The notes: a model not told the origin generated them from the letters alone. DNA of 54,515 nucleotides from a virus (IMGVR_UViG_3300003691_000001:64001-118515), one strand, 5' to 3'; shown: positions 16,498-25,107, counted from the stretch's first letter. Made by a program: numbers and translations.

Positions 16498-18879
16498 TTA
16501 GTAACTATGATCCAGTGTAAGGACTGTTACCTCACGCTTAATTATTGAAAATTCTTGAGAAACGATGTAACGAATACTATCCACTTGATGGTCAAGTCCT
16601 GAAGTTTTATCAGGTTCACTTGTACCCTGTTTATAGAGGAGTCCATCCAAGCTCTTTATCACCTGTTTACATCTAGGGTGTATTAATAACCTCCTATCTC
16701 CATCTGCATTTAACAACAGAGCATTTACATCGTTTACACTATCTACAACTAACGGGGCTTTTCTAGGAGCTTCCAACCCGAACTTGAAACTCTTGATGAT
16801 AGTGAAATCTGTCTGTCCTACTTCAGCCTTAGTGGATCTGCTTTTACCACTAGGGTCTGGGTAGGTTGTAATACTTCTTCCAGGATACTTATCCTTTATA
16901 GATTGGCATAACAACCTAGTATTTGCATTTGGTATACTGAATTCATCAAATATGTGTAACGAGTCACCCTTCTTAACTGCAAGTGTTGCACTCATAGGGT
17001 TCACGTTGAAATCGATTCCGCAAAGTATTGTAGAACCATCATCAAAGACTTCATCAGTTACACTTTCTGTAGGACTGAAGTTATAAAAGACTCGCCCTTG
17101 GACGGCCTCGAAGCTTGCAAGGAATTCCTGCTTGAACTTAGTCTCAGTCATTACACGCTTTGCAGAGGCTATCTCTGCAAGAGGTACATTACCACCTTCT
17201 GCTGTTGTAAAGACCCAGCTTTTCCAATCTGGTTCTGACAAACCCCTTAGGTACAATTGGTATATAGTATTCTCACCCATACCCTTAGGTGTACCGATAT
17301 ACAGCCCTTCACCCATGGCATTACCAAGGGCAGGACGTATTACAACATCGATTACATCTATATCAATATCCTGTACTTCATCGAATACTGTGAAGTTAAG
17401 ATCATCTCCACGAAGGGAATCACCATCTTCACAACCTTTTAATGAAATGAGGCTTTCAAAATCTTTAATTAAGATGCTTAAATCTTGTTCATTCTTCTCT
17501 GCAATGGCCTCTCTAGGTATTGCATCCTTTAGCATCCTCCACATGATCCTCTTAGCCATTTTATATGTTGGAGCAAGGTACCACACTTCTTGTTTATCTT
17601 TAACCTGTGCAGCTCTTATAAGCTCATTCACAGCTAGTACAGTATTATGTGTTGTTACAAAAGACCTACCTGCTAGGTATAGGTGGGATTCACTATCCAC
17701 GGTTATACAACAGACCTCTTCAACATATGGCAGTAATTCACATCCTGTAATGAAACGTCTTAACGACTGCTTTCCGCGAGGTTTGAAACTTATATTGTAT
17801 CTTGAAGATTTGCGTTGCAACCTGAATACATTCATCGTCGTTGCAAAACTGATCCTGTAATATGTTACACCATTTATAACTTTCGGGTGTATAGGCGCTT
17901 TCATACCTAAGCTACATAGAAGACTAGCTACATCCTTTATCAGTATCTCACTTGCAAAAGTAATCTCACACTTGTTAGTGCCGTCCTTCACAATACTACC
18001 ATCAGTATCCATAATACCTTGCAGTAGCGCTATGCGTTGCTCTATGGTTGCAAAAAGATACTCTTCGGGTATGTACTTGGTAAACTTTCTTTTATCATTA
18101 CGTACAAAACCTGCATCGTATAGACAGTTAATGAAAACACCTTTCTCTGAGCCAACTATAGCGTAAGTGGTTGCCTTTCCTGCATTCTGATGGTTAACAG
18201 GTCTTAGTCTAAAACCTTGTGCCAAGAAACTACTCACAATCTCTGAATCCATCGTAGTTATCTGTGCACTGTAACTATGTCCATCTCCTAACCAACAACC
18301 TAATAAGTAAGGGTCTAGGGGTAAAATCCTTTCTTTGTTACTCACTGCACTTGAAAGGGATATGGAATGGTTGGTCTCGGGCTTTGTGTTACTAATCCCA
18401 CCATACACTAAACTGTCTGCTATTTCCCGCGTGGTCTTAGTGGAACCCTCTCTGTCACGTCTCCTATCTAATTTGGTCTGTGTGAACCACTGATGATCTC
18501 CGCAAGCTTTAAAAGTGACACCATCTGAGAATGTTACTAAATAATAATCATCTGGTATGAAACTGCCCGTGTGAGATGTAACAGTACACTCTTTACCTTT
18601 CTCATCGAACACCTTATCAAAAATGCGCAAGTCACCTATCGTGATAAAACCTTTCGGTGTTGGTATTGGGGTATCTATATGAAGGGCTTTTCCAAATCTT
18701 CTTGCGCATACAGCTGTTCTGAAACGAGAATCATCATAGTATACAGCCTCCTGTGCACGTGTTAATCCTGTTATACTATCCCACTGACCATTAGCCTTTA
18801 AGATATCATTAGGGGTCATGTGGGGATGAGTAATATCTGTAATGATCCGCTTCTTCTTTGGAAGCAATATTCTACTCAT
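16498..18879 (-). CDS. terL: Terminase large subunit, intein-containing
   Basis: Walker A (CARRFGK/T), Walker B (FTVFDEVQD), GTPKG, nuclease GIDFN and DHQVDSIRY motifs; ~445 aa after intein removal. Confidence 0.95.
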   Translation of the reverse strand: MSRILLPKKKRIITDITHPHMTPNDILKANGQWDSITGLTRAQEAVYYDDSRFRTAVCARRFGKALHIDTPIPTPKGFITIGDLRIFDKVFDEKGKECTVTSHTGSFIPDDYYLVTFSDGVTFKACGDHQWFTQTKLDRRRDREGSTKTTREIADSLVYGGISNTKPETNHSISLSSAVSNKERILPLDPYLLGCWLGDGHSYSAQITTMDSEIVSSFLAQGFRLRPVNHQNAGKATTYAIVGSEKGVFINCLYDAGFVRNDKRKFTKYIPEEYLFATIEQRIALLQGIMDTDGSIVKDGTNKCEITFASEILIKDVASLLCSLGMKAPIHPKVINGVTYYRISFATTMNVFRLQRKSSRYNISFKPRGKQSLRRFITGCELLPYVEEVCCITVDSESHLYLAGRSFVTTHNTVLAVNELIRAAQVKDKQEVWYLAPTYKMAKRIMWRMLKDAIPREAIAEKNEQDLSILIKDFESLISLKGCEDGDSLRGDDLNFTVFDEVQDIDIDVIDVVIRPALGNAMGEGLYIGTPKGMGENTIYQLYLRGLSEPDWKSWVFTTAEGGNVPLAEIASAKRVMTETKFKQEFLASFEAVQGRVFYNFSPTESVTDEVFDDGSTILCGIDFNVNPMSATLAVKKGDSLHIFDEFSIPNANTRLLCQSIKDKYPGRSITTYPDPSGKSRSTKAEVGQTDFTIIKSFKFGLEAPRKAPLVVDSVNDVNALLLNADGDRRLLIHPRCKQVIKSLDGLLYKQGTSEPDKTSGLDHQVDSIRYIVSQEFSIIKREVTVLTLDHSY
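17644..18687 (-). mobile_element. Class 3 intein (348 aa) with LAGLIDADG endonuclease, inside terL Walker A
   Basis: Starts with Ala (GK/ALHIDTPIPTP), ends THN/T; block B DHQW, block F VCCITV, block G THN; LLGCWLGDG and LLQGIMDTDG motifs. Confidence 0.9.
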
Positions 18880-19351
18880 CTTCTTCAGTCCATTCAGTGT
18901 CAGAATTATCTTCTAAGGCTGAAGGTTCCTCTTCAAAAGTACCCTTTTCTATATTAGCCTCTAAAGTGGCCTCTGCAGAACTTCTTCCTGGTATATAAGT
19001 TAATACTTTAGTAGCCTTCTCTTCAGTATCTATGAAGTCTACCGGCTTAAAGGATGGAGATGTTGCATGTAGAAGTGTTGTTGCTGCACTAGCCATTGTA
19101 TGGACAGCGATAGGCTGTGTATGGCCTAACTCTTGAAACCTATTCATGGCTATTAATGCAAGTGTCTTGGCGGGATCAAAACCTAATTCGTTACACGTCT
19201 TAGTCGCATTAACACGATTCTCTCGTTTACTCTTAGGTTTAGGTTTGGTTCTGTATGTACGCATTTGAGCCATCTTGTCACTTATAACTCTGGCTTCATC
19301 TTCCTCAACTTCTTCAATAGTTAAAGGCTCAGCCTCAAATTCATCGGTCAT
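18872..19351 (-). CDS. Terminase small subunit (putative)
   Basis: Overlaps the terL start; ELGFDPAKTLALIA...PSFKPVD pattern. Confidence 0.65.
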   Translation of the reverse strand: MTDEFEAEPLTIEEVEEDEARVISDKMAQMRTYRTKPKPKSKRENRVNATKTCNELGFDPAKTLALIAMNRFQELGHTQPIAVHTMASAATTLLHATSPSFKPVDFIDTEEKATKVLTYIPGRSSAEATLEANIEKGTFEEEPSALEDNSDTEWTEEDE

Positions 19352-19390
19352 AATATCCTCTAGATATCGAATGTTGTGGGAAGAGATTAT

Positions 19391-19720
19391 TTAAAGTTGC
19401 GTGACAAGTATGGACATGGATTTATCGTCACTGGGGGTCATGTTTGTAGAGATCCTGTTGGTAACCTTGTACCTATCCCCTATTACCCCGCCCTGTAGTT
19501 GCGCTTGAGTTTGAACACCTGTAAGATCCACATCAACGAGTGTTAGACCGTTAACTTCATCTCCGTTAACAACTAGAACTCCTTCTATTAGCCATACACT
19601 GGTTGATATTGTTTCCCCAGACTGAAGTGTGTAATTAAATCCATACCACACTGTTGAGTCTATATCTTTTGGGCTTACGGTAGGTATCGTCGTACCGTCA
19701 TGAACTACTGTTGTTGCCAT
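19391..19720 (-). CDS. Fibre adaptor protein (Ig-like)
   Basis: PKD.....YGFNY...ETISTSVW...GG..GDRYKVTNRIST..DDKSM pattern of phage fibre adaptor proteins; follows the repeat protein. Confidence 0.6.
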   Translation of the reverse strand: MATTVVHDGTTIPTVSPKDIDSTVWYGFNYTLQSGETISTSVWLIEGVLVVNGDEVNGLTLVDVDLTGVQTQAQLQGGVIGDRYKVTNRISTNMTPSDDKSMSILVTQL

Positions 19721-19732
19721 TAGTAATATTCC

Positions 19733-22138
19733 TTAATCTGGAATGACATTTACAATCCTGTTAGGAAGTAGAACGTCTATTATTCTATTCGGTAAAGACA
19801 CTTCAACCCTCCTACCATCTTGTAGTATAACTGCTATCCCATTTGAAACAGTTACATTAAGCTCTGTAAGAACAAGAGCATCAGTTGTTGCACTGATCGA
19901 CGTATTCGCCTGTACTACCGCTGCTAACTCTGTTAGAATCAACGCGTCTGTTGTGGCGTTAATAACAACACCAACAGTAACTGTTGCATTCAATTCAGTT
20001 ATAGTCAAAGCATGTGTAGTAGCTGCCAGACTGGTGTCGAAGCTAGTATTTGCATTTAACTCTGTAAGTACTAGTGCTTCAGTAGTGGCTTCTATACCTG
20101 TACTCGCATTAACAACAGCTGCTTGCTCTGTTAATGCTAATGCATCTACAGTAGATTCTAATATAACACTTGCATTGACTATTGCATTTTGTTCAGCTAA
20201 GATTAAAGAATCAGTAGTTGACTCTATAAACACACTAGCATTTACAGTTGCATTTTGTTCAGTTAAACTTAAAGAATCAGTTGTAGCTGCTATAGCAGTG
20301 TCTGCACCAGTGGTAATTGTTGCATTCTGCTCTGTTAGAACTAGACCGTCTACTGCAGCATCTATACTGATGCTTGCATTAACAACAGCATTTTGTTCTG
20401 TTAATACTAATGAATCCGTGGTTGCAGTAATTGCAGTAGTTGCATTAACAGTAGCTGCTTGCTCTGTTAATGCTAATGCATCTGTAGTTGCATCAATGCT
20501 AATGCTTGCATTAACATTAGCATTTTGCTCTGTAAGTGCCAATGCATCTGTAGTTGCATTTATTTGAACATCTTGACCGGTTATTACTGATGCATTCTGC
20601 TCCGTTAGGACAAGGGAATCAGTTGTAGCATCTATACTGATGCTTGCATTAACAACAGCATTGAACTCTGTTAATACTAATGAATCAGTAGTTGCATCTA
20701 TACCTGTACTCGCATTAACAGTAGCTGCTTGCTCTGTTAATGCCAATGCATCTGTCGTTGCAGTTACACTAGTATCTGTAATTACTGTAGCATTCTGCTC
20801 TGTTAGGACTAGAGCGGCCACAGAGGCTTGTATCTCTGTACCTATACCTATCGTAGCATTTTGCTCTGTAAGTGCTAGCGCATCTGTAGTGGAGGTTATT
20901 CCAGTACTTGCATTAACATTAGCATTCTGCTCTGTTAATGCTAATGCATCTGTAGTTGCATCTACATTGGTACTCGCATTAACAACAGCGGCTTGCTCTG
21001 TTAGTGTTAATGCATCTGTAGTTGCAGCTATTTCAATACTTGCATTAACAACTGCATTCTGTTCTGTTAATACTAATGCACCTGTCGTTGCATCAATGTT
21101 AATACTTGCATTGACCGTGGCATTTAACTCTGTCAGTATTAATGAATCGGTCGTTGAATCAATGTTAGTGCTTGCATTAACAACAGCATTCTGCTCTGTT
21201 AATGCTAATGCATCTGTAGTTGCGTCGATACCCAAATCTGCAATAACAGTAGCATTTAATTCAGTTATAATTAGTGAATCTGTTGTAGCTGGTACATTGA
21301 TATCTAATGTAATTATTGCATTCTGTTCTGTTAGTGCTAATGCATCTGTCGTTGCATCTATGCCTGTACTTGCATTAACAGTGGCATTCTGCTCTGTTAA
21401 TGCCAATGCATCGACTGAACTGGATATCGATATATCTGCAGAGACCGTTGCGTTTTGCTCTGTAAGAGTAAGGGCATCAGTCGATGCAGATATTGTAACT
21501 CCTGCAACTTCCTCTTTAACCTCTACTGCAAAGTTTCTACAGGTGTTGTTCTGAGAAAGGGTTGCTGTAGGTGTCTGGTCTCCTGCTATAAGATAATCTG
21601 CAGTTCCGTGATCACCACCATAGTTATGAGAAAATACATCTAACTGTGTATGGCCTGCCTCTGGTGTTATTGTAGCTCCCAGAGAAGTCCAGAAATGGAT
21701 AGTAGCACTTGTAGGCGCAGATGAAAAATTTAACGACAGGTTACCTGATGTAGTCGCATACTCAGATGCCTGTACTTGCTGTGTGAAGGTGTTTGCTATA
21801 GTACCTGAGGTGTCTACTCCAGTGACCTCTACGAAGAGGGCTCCCATTGCAACACCAGTTGCATGATCTACATCAATTGTACCTAGTGTAGGAGATGCTC
21901 CTGCGTGAGCAGCGTACAGGGAAGTAGCTCTACTAGATGATACAACTGTTGTACCTACCTGCGTCCAAGCAGTCCCTCCATCATGCCCCACAATAGTGTC
22001 TGGTGCTGAACTCGAAACAGTAATCTGTACAAGACACATTAAAAGAGAGTTAGCAGCAGGGATGAACGAGTTAGAGGATATGGTATTCGTGTTGGCGTTT
22101 CTTCCACCAGATCCCCTGGCATCTACTACTACAGCCAT
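19733..22138 (-). CDS. 801-aa virion fibre-like protein with ~25 tandem 22-aa repeats
   Basis: ~210-aa unique N-terminal domain, repeat consensus STGIDATTDALALTEQNATVNA, short unique C-terminus. Confidence 0.8.
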   Translation of the reverse strand: MAVVVDARGSGGRNANTNTISSNSFIPAANSLLMCLVQITVSSSAPDTIVGHDGGTAWTQVGTTVVSSSRATSLYAAHAGASPTLGTIDVDHATGVAMGALFVEVTGVDTSGTIANTFTQQVQASEYATTSGNLSLNFSSAPTSATIHFWTSLGATITPEAGHTQLDVFSHNYGGDHGTADYLIAGDQTPTATLSQNNTCRNFAVEVKEEVAGVTISASTDALTLTEQNATVSADISISSSVDALALTEQNATVNASTGIDATTDALALTEQNAIITLDINVPATTDSLIITELNATVIADLGIDATTDALALTEQNAVVNASTNIDSTTDSLILTELNATVNASINIDATTGALVLTEQNAVVNASIEIAATTDALTLTEQAAVVNASTNVDATTDALALTEQNANVNASTGITSTTDALALTEQNATIGIGTEIQASVAALVLTEQNATVITDTSVTATTDALALTEQAATVNASTGIDATTDSLVLTEFNAVVNASISIDATTDSLVLTEQNASVITGQDVQINATTDALALTEQNANVNASISIDATTDALALTEQAATVNATTAITATTDSLVLTEQNAVVNASISIDAAVDGLVLTEQNATITTGADTAIAATTDSLSLTEQNATVNASVFIESTTDSLILAEQNAIVNASVILESTVDALALTEQAAVVNASTGIEATTEALVLTELNANTSFDTSLAATTHALTITELNATVTVGVVINATTDALILTELAAVVQANTSISATTDALVLTELNVTVSNGIAVILQDGRRVEVSLPNRIIDVLLPNRIVNVIPD
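19845..21500 (-). repeat. Coding tandem repeat, ~66-nt unit x ~25
   Basis: Recurring gcattaac...ttgctctgttaatgctaatgcatctgtagttgca units. Confidence 0.9.
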
Positions 22139-22711
22139 TTAGAGCCTCCCGTATGCTTCTATATCATCTGCATAGTATATTAGTAGTTCAGACTTTCTAT
22201 AGTCAACTGGATAGAGTTTAGTTACTGCGTGCATGTGCTCCAAGGTACCTGGTAATCTACCTACACTGTGAGTACCCCACCTAGCATTTAACTCTTCAAA
22301 TTTGAACGCCCTGTTAGGTATAAGAACGTCATTATATGTAGCTTGCGTTATCTGGGGTTGCCAATGCTCATCTGAACTCATTACATCTACACTCAACACA
22401 TGGTCAATAAAAGCTTCCCATGCTTCTTGAAGCGGTTTCGTCTCATGCTTCGTGCCTGTGCCTAGTATGGTGGATGGCATTATGGTTTCGTACTTTGTAC
22501 CTTCCACTGTCAATTGCATGAACCATGAAAATGCTGACTGCAACCTTACTAAAGGTTGCCTTAAAAACATTACACGGTTTTCAATAACAGCCGCTTCAGA
22601 AGGAGTAATCTCTACTGCTCCATTTGCAAAGGCAGCGAATTGGATAGACTGGGATGCAACTTTAGGGAACACAGCTATGCATGTATCTTGTTTAAGTTGT
22701 AGGTATGACAC
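22139..22711 (-). CDS. Sulfotransferase (Sulfotransfer_2 / HNK-1ST-like)
   Basis: 5'-PSB motif FPKVASQSI, 3'-PB motif FLRQPLVRLQSAF, DEHWQPQ, FKFEEL. Confidence 0.85.
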   Translation of the reverse strand: MSYLQLKQDTCIAVFPKVASQSIQFAAFANGAVEITPSEAAVIENRVMFLRQPLVRLQSAFSWFMQLTVEGTKYETIMPSTILGTGTKHETKPLQEAWEAFIDHVLSVDVMSSDEHWQPQITQATYNDVLIPNRAFKFEELNARWGTHSVGRLPGTLEHMHAVTKLYPVDYRKSELLIYYADDIEAYGRL

Positions 22712-23216
22712 TGATCACCTCTAGGATTGTGTTTGTAATCTCTTCAAGATCTTGCAAATCTGTTCTGAAGTGTAAGTCAGCAGTCACAGGAATATCATAA
22801 GGGGAGTCTATACCTGTAAAATCAGGTATTAACCCTTGCCTAGCTTTCTTATAAAGTCCCTTAGGATCTCTAGCTTCTGCTTCTTTTAAAGGGCAATCTA
22901 CATAGACTTCAATATAGTTAAGACACGCCTGTTCATGTATCCTCCTAACCTGCTCCCTATCTTTAACAAGGGGACTGATGAAGGTGGCCAGTACAATGCA
23001 TCCACTGTCATTAAACAGCTTAGCTATCTCACCTGATCTTCTTATATTCTCTGTCCTATCTAACTCTGTGAACCCTAGGTCTGAATTTATCCCATCTCTA
23101 AGTATGTCACCATCTAAACAGTAATGCTTAATCCCTTTAAGTTCACGGGAGACTGCGTTTGCAATGGTACTTTTACCACTCCCAGATAAACCCGTGAACC
23201 AAAGAGTAATGCCCAT
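22692..23216 (-). CDS. cysC: Adenylyl-sulfate (APS) kinase
   Basis: WFTGLSGSGKST, LDGD, DLGF...DRTENIRR, FISP, RDPKGLYKKA, FTGIDSPY. Start set at MGITLW, which overlaps the upstream stop (TAATG). Confidence 0.97.
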   Translation of the reverse strand: MGITLWFTGLSGSGKSTIANAVSRELKGIKHYCLDGDILRDGINSDLGFTELDRTENIRRSGEIAKLFNDSGCIVLATFISPLVKDREQVRRIHEQACLNYIEVYVDCPLKEAEARDPKGLYKKARQGLIPDFTGIDSPYDIPVTADLHFRTDLQDLEEITNTILEVISVIPTT

Positions 23217-23644
23217 TACGCTAGTGTGAATACGCCTGATGCATTCCAAGAGATAGTTACATCGCCTGATACTAGTGATACCGGACCTGCCATGTCTATG
23301 AATGCTACTGCTTCATCAGTAGCAGAAGTATCGTTATAGATAATTGCCTGAAATGCATTCGTGAAACCTGCACCATTTTGTGTCCAAGCTGCATCTGATG
23401 TGAAGTCAAAGGTTACTGTTCCTGCTGCCTCTGTTAATGTTTTAGTCGGTGTCTCTCCACCTGCTGTGTAGCCTGTTCCAGTTACTTGTGTATAATCCGC
23501 AAGTATGGGTGTAAGATCCCCTGCTGCTGCGGTTACTGCGTTAGTGATAAGCGCTACCTTAAACACGTGTGTATCAAAATCGTGTGCACCGTTAAGCATT
23601 GCTAATTTTGCTTCATCGAATACTACTAAATCGCCTGCGGCCAT
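23216..23644 (-). CDS. Conserved phage structural protein of the fibre module
   Basis: 142 aa; HDFDTHVFKVALIT...GYTAGG...VTISWNASGVFTL pattern, widespread in phage virion modules. Confidence 0.7.
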   Translation of the reverse strand: MAAGDLVVFDEAKLAMLNGAHDFDTHVFKVALITNAVTAAAGDLTPILADYTQVTGTGYTAGGETPTKTLTEAAGTVTFDFTSDAAWTQNGAGFTNAFQAIIYNDTSATDEAVAFIDMAGPVSLVSGDVTISWNASGVFTLA

Positions 23645-23731
23645 GTTATATTACCTTTAATATTGAGTTGGTTCGTTACGAACCATGAGGGGGATGTGAT
23701 AGAGAGGGTTCTCCATCGGGAGTTTTAAACA

Positions 23732-23956
23732 TTAAAACGTTGTAGGTTGGGCTATAGCCCTTACAGCCTTCATAAAACCAACCTGTAAATCTGTTGTAGC
23801 TGTAGCTGCCCACCTTTGATCTAAGTCTTCATTGGATTGTAACCGTAACATGAGTTCACCTACTTCAGAGGCTTTAAGCTTAACCTCATTCATCAAGTCA
23901 ATCTCTTCTTGTGAAAGGTCTCTGTAGCCTGTTATCTTCTTATGCTGGTTATCCAT
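23732..23956 (-). CDS. acb2: Anti-CBASS Acb2-like cyclic-oligonucleotide sponge (74 aa)
   Basis: [23 protein letters not shown]...RW.A...TDLQ.G.M...RAIAQP.TF closely matches the Pseudomonas phage Acb2 sequence as recalled; start set at MDNQ. Confidence 0.85.
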   Translation of the reverse strand: MDNQHKKITGYRDLSQEEIDLMNEVKLKASEVGELMLRLQSNEDLDQRWAATATTDLQVGFMKAVRAIAQPTTF

Positions 23957-23974
23957 GGATGTATCTCTTAGGTG

Positions 23975-24515
23975 GGGAGTAGATGCAGGAAAACCCACAC
24001 ATCGTGGGTATACTGCTTTGAATGGGTGGTAACCTCTTCAGGAGAGAGTTGAAGGGTTACCTGTGTAACTAGGTTACACGGTCTCTGAGGTAGCGAACTT
24101 CAGATTCGAGAGAGGGTTGACATAACATTTCCGCTCTAATTGCGTGGTGTAAGAGGTCAACCGCATATGAATAGCTCCCGACACTTGAGAATCGACCCGT
24201 AGGTCAAGATAGGTAGTGGGCAACCTCCTACGGATTTACAAGGCCTAGTAAGATATCCTTGGCGTGACATCATCACGTCTTACATCAACTGTGCCGCTAT
24301 AAAAGGCAGGGAGTTGGTGAACTATGACTGCAAGATTTTAGCTTCTTCGATAGGCTTATGCAGTACTCTTACTATCACATATTATGTACCGTGTGATGCG
24401 GTAACCTCTTCCTACCATTAGTAGGTGAGCGTACATTAAACGCCGTTTGTTAACAGGAACGTTTACATATCAGTGTGTCTTATCGTTTGCACGTGAAAGA
24501 CCTGAAACGTTTAAA
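23975..24515 (-). ncRNA. Candidate large structured ncRNA
   Basis: ~540 nt with no ORF in the track; dense hairpins; between tRNA-Phe and acb2. Confidence 0.5.
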
Positions 24516-24517
24516 TT

Positions 24518-24594
24518 TGGTGGGACCAGGAGGATTCGAACCACCGACCTGCTGATCTTCAATCAGCCACTCTAACCATCTGAGTTACAGTCCC
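24518..24594 (-). tRNA. tRNA-Phe(GAA)
   Basis: Cloverleaf; anticodon arm GCTGA-TTGAAGA-TCAGC; encoded CCA. Confidence 0.9.
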
Positions 24595-24600
24595 TTTGTA

Positions 24601-24677
24601 TGGAGCGGGTAAGGAGATTCGAACTCCTGCGAAGAGGGTGGAAGCCACTTACTCTGACCTGACTGAGCTATACCCGC
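24601..24677 (-). tRNA. tRNA-Gly(TCC)
   Basis: Cloverleaf; loop CTTCCAC; one T-T mismatch in anticodon stem; CCA. Confidence 0.85.
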
Positions 24678-24682
24678 ATAAT

Positions 24683-24751
24683 TGGTGGATGCAGTGAGGT
24701 GGAAGCCTCTGCTGATCAAGCATTCCAACCCTTATAGGGGTTGCTGCATCC
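24683..24751 (-). ncRNA. tRNA-like RNA with non-canonical arms
   Basis: GGATGCAG/CTGCATCC stem + ACCA, three internal hairpins, no TTCGA loop. Confidence 0.55.
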
Positions 24752-24757
24752 TTTGTA

Positions 24758-24832
24758 TGGTGCACCCACAGAGAATTGAACTCTGATTGTCGGCTTGAAA
24801 AGCCGATGTCCTGACCGTTAGACGATAGGTGC
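24758..24832 (-). tRNA. tRNA-Glu(TTC)
   Basis: TCGGC-TTTTCAA-GCCGA; CCA. Confidence 0.92.
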
Positions 24833-24833
24833 T

Positions 24834-24909
24834 TGGTAGTCCTAGGTTGATTCGAACAACCGACCTCACCTTTATCAGAGGTGGGCTCTACCAACTGAGC
24901 TACAGGACT
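24834..24909 (-). tRNA. tRNA-Ile(GAT)
   Basis: CACCT-CTGATAA-AGGTG; CCA. Confidence 0.92.
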
Positions 24910-24922
24910 TCAATATGACTTA

Positions 24923-24996
24923 TGGAGTACGTGAAGGGAATTGAACCCCCGTAAGAGGATTTGCAATCCCCCGCCTAGCCATTCGGCAACACGTAC
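24923..24996 (-). tRNA. tRNA-Cys(GCA)
   Basis: GGGGA-TTGCAAA-TCCTC; T73; CCA. Confidence 0.92.
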
Positions 24997-25005
24997 TTAA
25001 TATAA

Positions 25006-25101
25006 TGGAGATGGGTTAGGGATTCGAACCCTAGGAGCTATGTTGCCATAGCTCGACGGTTTTCAAAACCGCTGCAATAAACCAGACTCTGCCAACCCAC
25101 C
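25006..25101 (-). tRNA. tRNA-Ser(TGA)
   Basis: GCGGT-TTTGAAA-ACCGT; long variable arm; CCA. Confidence 0.9.
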
Positions 25102-25107
25102 ATTGTA

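Noticed and set aside
2135-18765. Numerous plus-strand ORFs over structural genes (e.g. 4683..5285, 17132..17860, 15237..15662)
   Set aside because: Fully overlap well-supported minus-strand genes; no motifs.
19743-21554. Long plus-strand ORFs (274 and 304 aa)
   Set aside because: Antisense shadows of the repetitive minus-strand fibre gene; no RBS; composition mirrors the repeat.
22692-23216. cysC as a stand-alone sulfur-assimilation AMG
   Set aside because: No other assimilation genes; it is coupled to a sulfotransferase in a virion operon, so PAPS supply for sulfation is the simpler reading.
24484-24500. Fourth parS-like site (GTTTGCACGTGAAAGA)
   Set aside because: Several mismatches and broken symmetry; likely chance.
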